From positions 38,626,001 through 38,690,000 of the forward strand of contig CM060732.1 in the NCBI GenBank assembly GCA_030704615.1: 64,000 nt of DNA, written 5' to 3'. The first letter of the stretch is position 1. Each line of letters begins with the position of its first letter. Source of the DNA: Takakia lepidozioides. Lineage: Eukaryota; Plantae; Bryophyta. The position numbers and the translations under genes are program-made. This document shows positions 62,401 through 64,000 of this stretch, one piece after another. Under the pieces are notes generated by a model that saw only the letters and a list, made by a program, of their open reading frames with translations, was not told where the DNA came from and did not search any database.

Positions 62401-63506
62401 GGATGAGGGGATCTGGCCTAATCTGGCCTACCATGCAGACTTGTGAACTGTTGTCGCTGGCTGGTTTCAAGTGAGACTGCATGCCCTTTTTTGTCAAGTT
62501 GCATTTGTATATGGCTTGTACCAAATGTGGTCGTTATTATAAAAGGGACGATATCAGCGAGGTAGGGGAAGAGTAGCAGATGTAGCATAGGTAGCTGAAT
62601 GTAAAGTTTGTCACACTGGTAGTGGGTACCAAGTCCAGTCTATTCAAACAAGTGAACAGACCCCTGAGTTTGTGTCACTTATCTTTGTTGTTATGACTTC
62701 AAACTACTCTCCAACGAGCTACCTTTTTGTGTTATAGTGAGGGGGCAAGTGGATCCCATTTTTGGAGACCTGGACAGTAACCTATTTTCTAGTGTGCAGA
62801 AGAAGGGCCCAACAGTGTGATTGTTGATTGCCAAGGAATTTTGAGTGTCTGTGTTGAAAATGTTGGTTTCTCTTGCTGCCATGTTAGTCCTTGAAGAATT
62901 TACATTTTACTATCCTCTGATTCCATCTGCTTGCCTGCATATGTTGTCACATTTGTGGGGCTACTATTCAACAAGTTTCAGCTGTTTGTGCAGCTGATTT
63001 GCGGGATGGCAGGTGGCCTGCGGCTCTCCCTCACGCTACCTCCCACCACATCTTGCAAAAGCATTACAGGTGTGGCACCCCCTTAGCTTTTGTGCAATCT
63101 GGTGTTCCCTACTCATATTTTCACTTTATTGCGTACCTCATAGCCTATGTGGGGTAGAGGGGTAGAGTAGTCTTGTTGTTGTAGCACGTGACAACCCAGC
63201 TCATCCTTGCGTACCTAATTACCTAAACTGAACCATGACGCTAGATTGAAGGAACTTGTCCCTTCTGTCAATCATTGGTTGGGATCGAAGAGGAATATGG
63301 CAATGCATATCATCAATATGTGAATGTTGATTCTCTGAAACTTCACCATGTGGGGGAATATAGAATTTGAAAACGTGTGGAAAGCAGGTTTGTCATCTAT
63401 GTGGATCACTTGCACTTCTTGAAGGAACTTGCGTTAACCAGAGACGATCCAGACTTGGCCTCTGATTGAAAAGGTAATTTCATGTCAGAATTAGGTAGTA
63501 TGGTTG

Positions 63507-63601
63507 TCATGAAGCTGGAAATGTCAGTAGGGTTTAGGGTTTGTTGGTTTGTTGTTTTGTTGGTTTGTTGGTTCTCATGAAGCTGGAAATGTCGGTAGGG
63601 T
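63507..63601. repeat. 27-bp direct repeat pair around a GTT-rich spacer
   Basis: TCATGAAGCTGGAAATGTCRGTAGGGT at 63507 and 63575. Confidence 0.8.
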
Positions 63602-64000
63602 GTTGGTTTGTAGCTCCATCCTTGCCCCCTCATGTTGCTGTCTCCGTACATAACCAACCTGGAGTTGTAAAAAACTAGTTTAATGGGAATGTGGGGCTGG
63701 GAGTATGTAGGGCACTCAAGAAGCGGTTCAAAACAATGGTGCAGTCGGGGAGTAAGTTACAGAATTCACCTACGAATGGGAAGAGTTCCAATGCAGCATC
63801 TGAAGATACTATGGGCGAAAGAGGGGGGCACAAATCAGCAGATTACTTCAGGGATGTCCTCAAGCTGAATGCGACAGGCAAGAATCCCAAACAACTTCTC
63901 TTAGACAAAGACATCACCAAAGAACAATGTGCAAAGTTGTTTGGACAACCTGCAAACAAGAATGGCTACTTTTACATGGTTGTACTGACAAGAGTATGAT

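Overview
Eukaryotic nuclear DNA from a non-seed land plant, most likely a bryophyte (inference from a strict PLS-DYW PPR, a chromodomain Ty3 and a Dualen-like relic). Host genes, reconstructed by hand: WAV2/ABHD13-like alpha/beta hydrolase (-, 7 exons, one probable U12 intron), intronless prohibitin (+), PLS-E-DYW RNA-editing PPR (-), a DnaJ-type zinc-finger pseudogene (+), a patatin-like phospholipase with a long acidic then Ser/Tyr-rich tail (-, 8 exons) and CJD1-like (-, about 10 exons). The intergenic block at about 25.6-43 kb is a nested TE stack: Dualen-like LINE relic, Ty3 chromovirus plus solo LTR, TTAA/piggyBac-like element, a 110-bp hairpin and a CACTA end. The most striking system is an APE-RT (RTE/RTEX-like) LINE family with a dozen or more copies and fragments, all intronic. 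It appears to insert at (TC)n/TCTCTAGA sites, including its own tail and its own ORF, and builds a 9.5-kb nested/tandem array inside a CJD1 intron. Family assignments come from motif recognition only; no searches were run.
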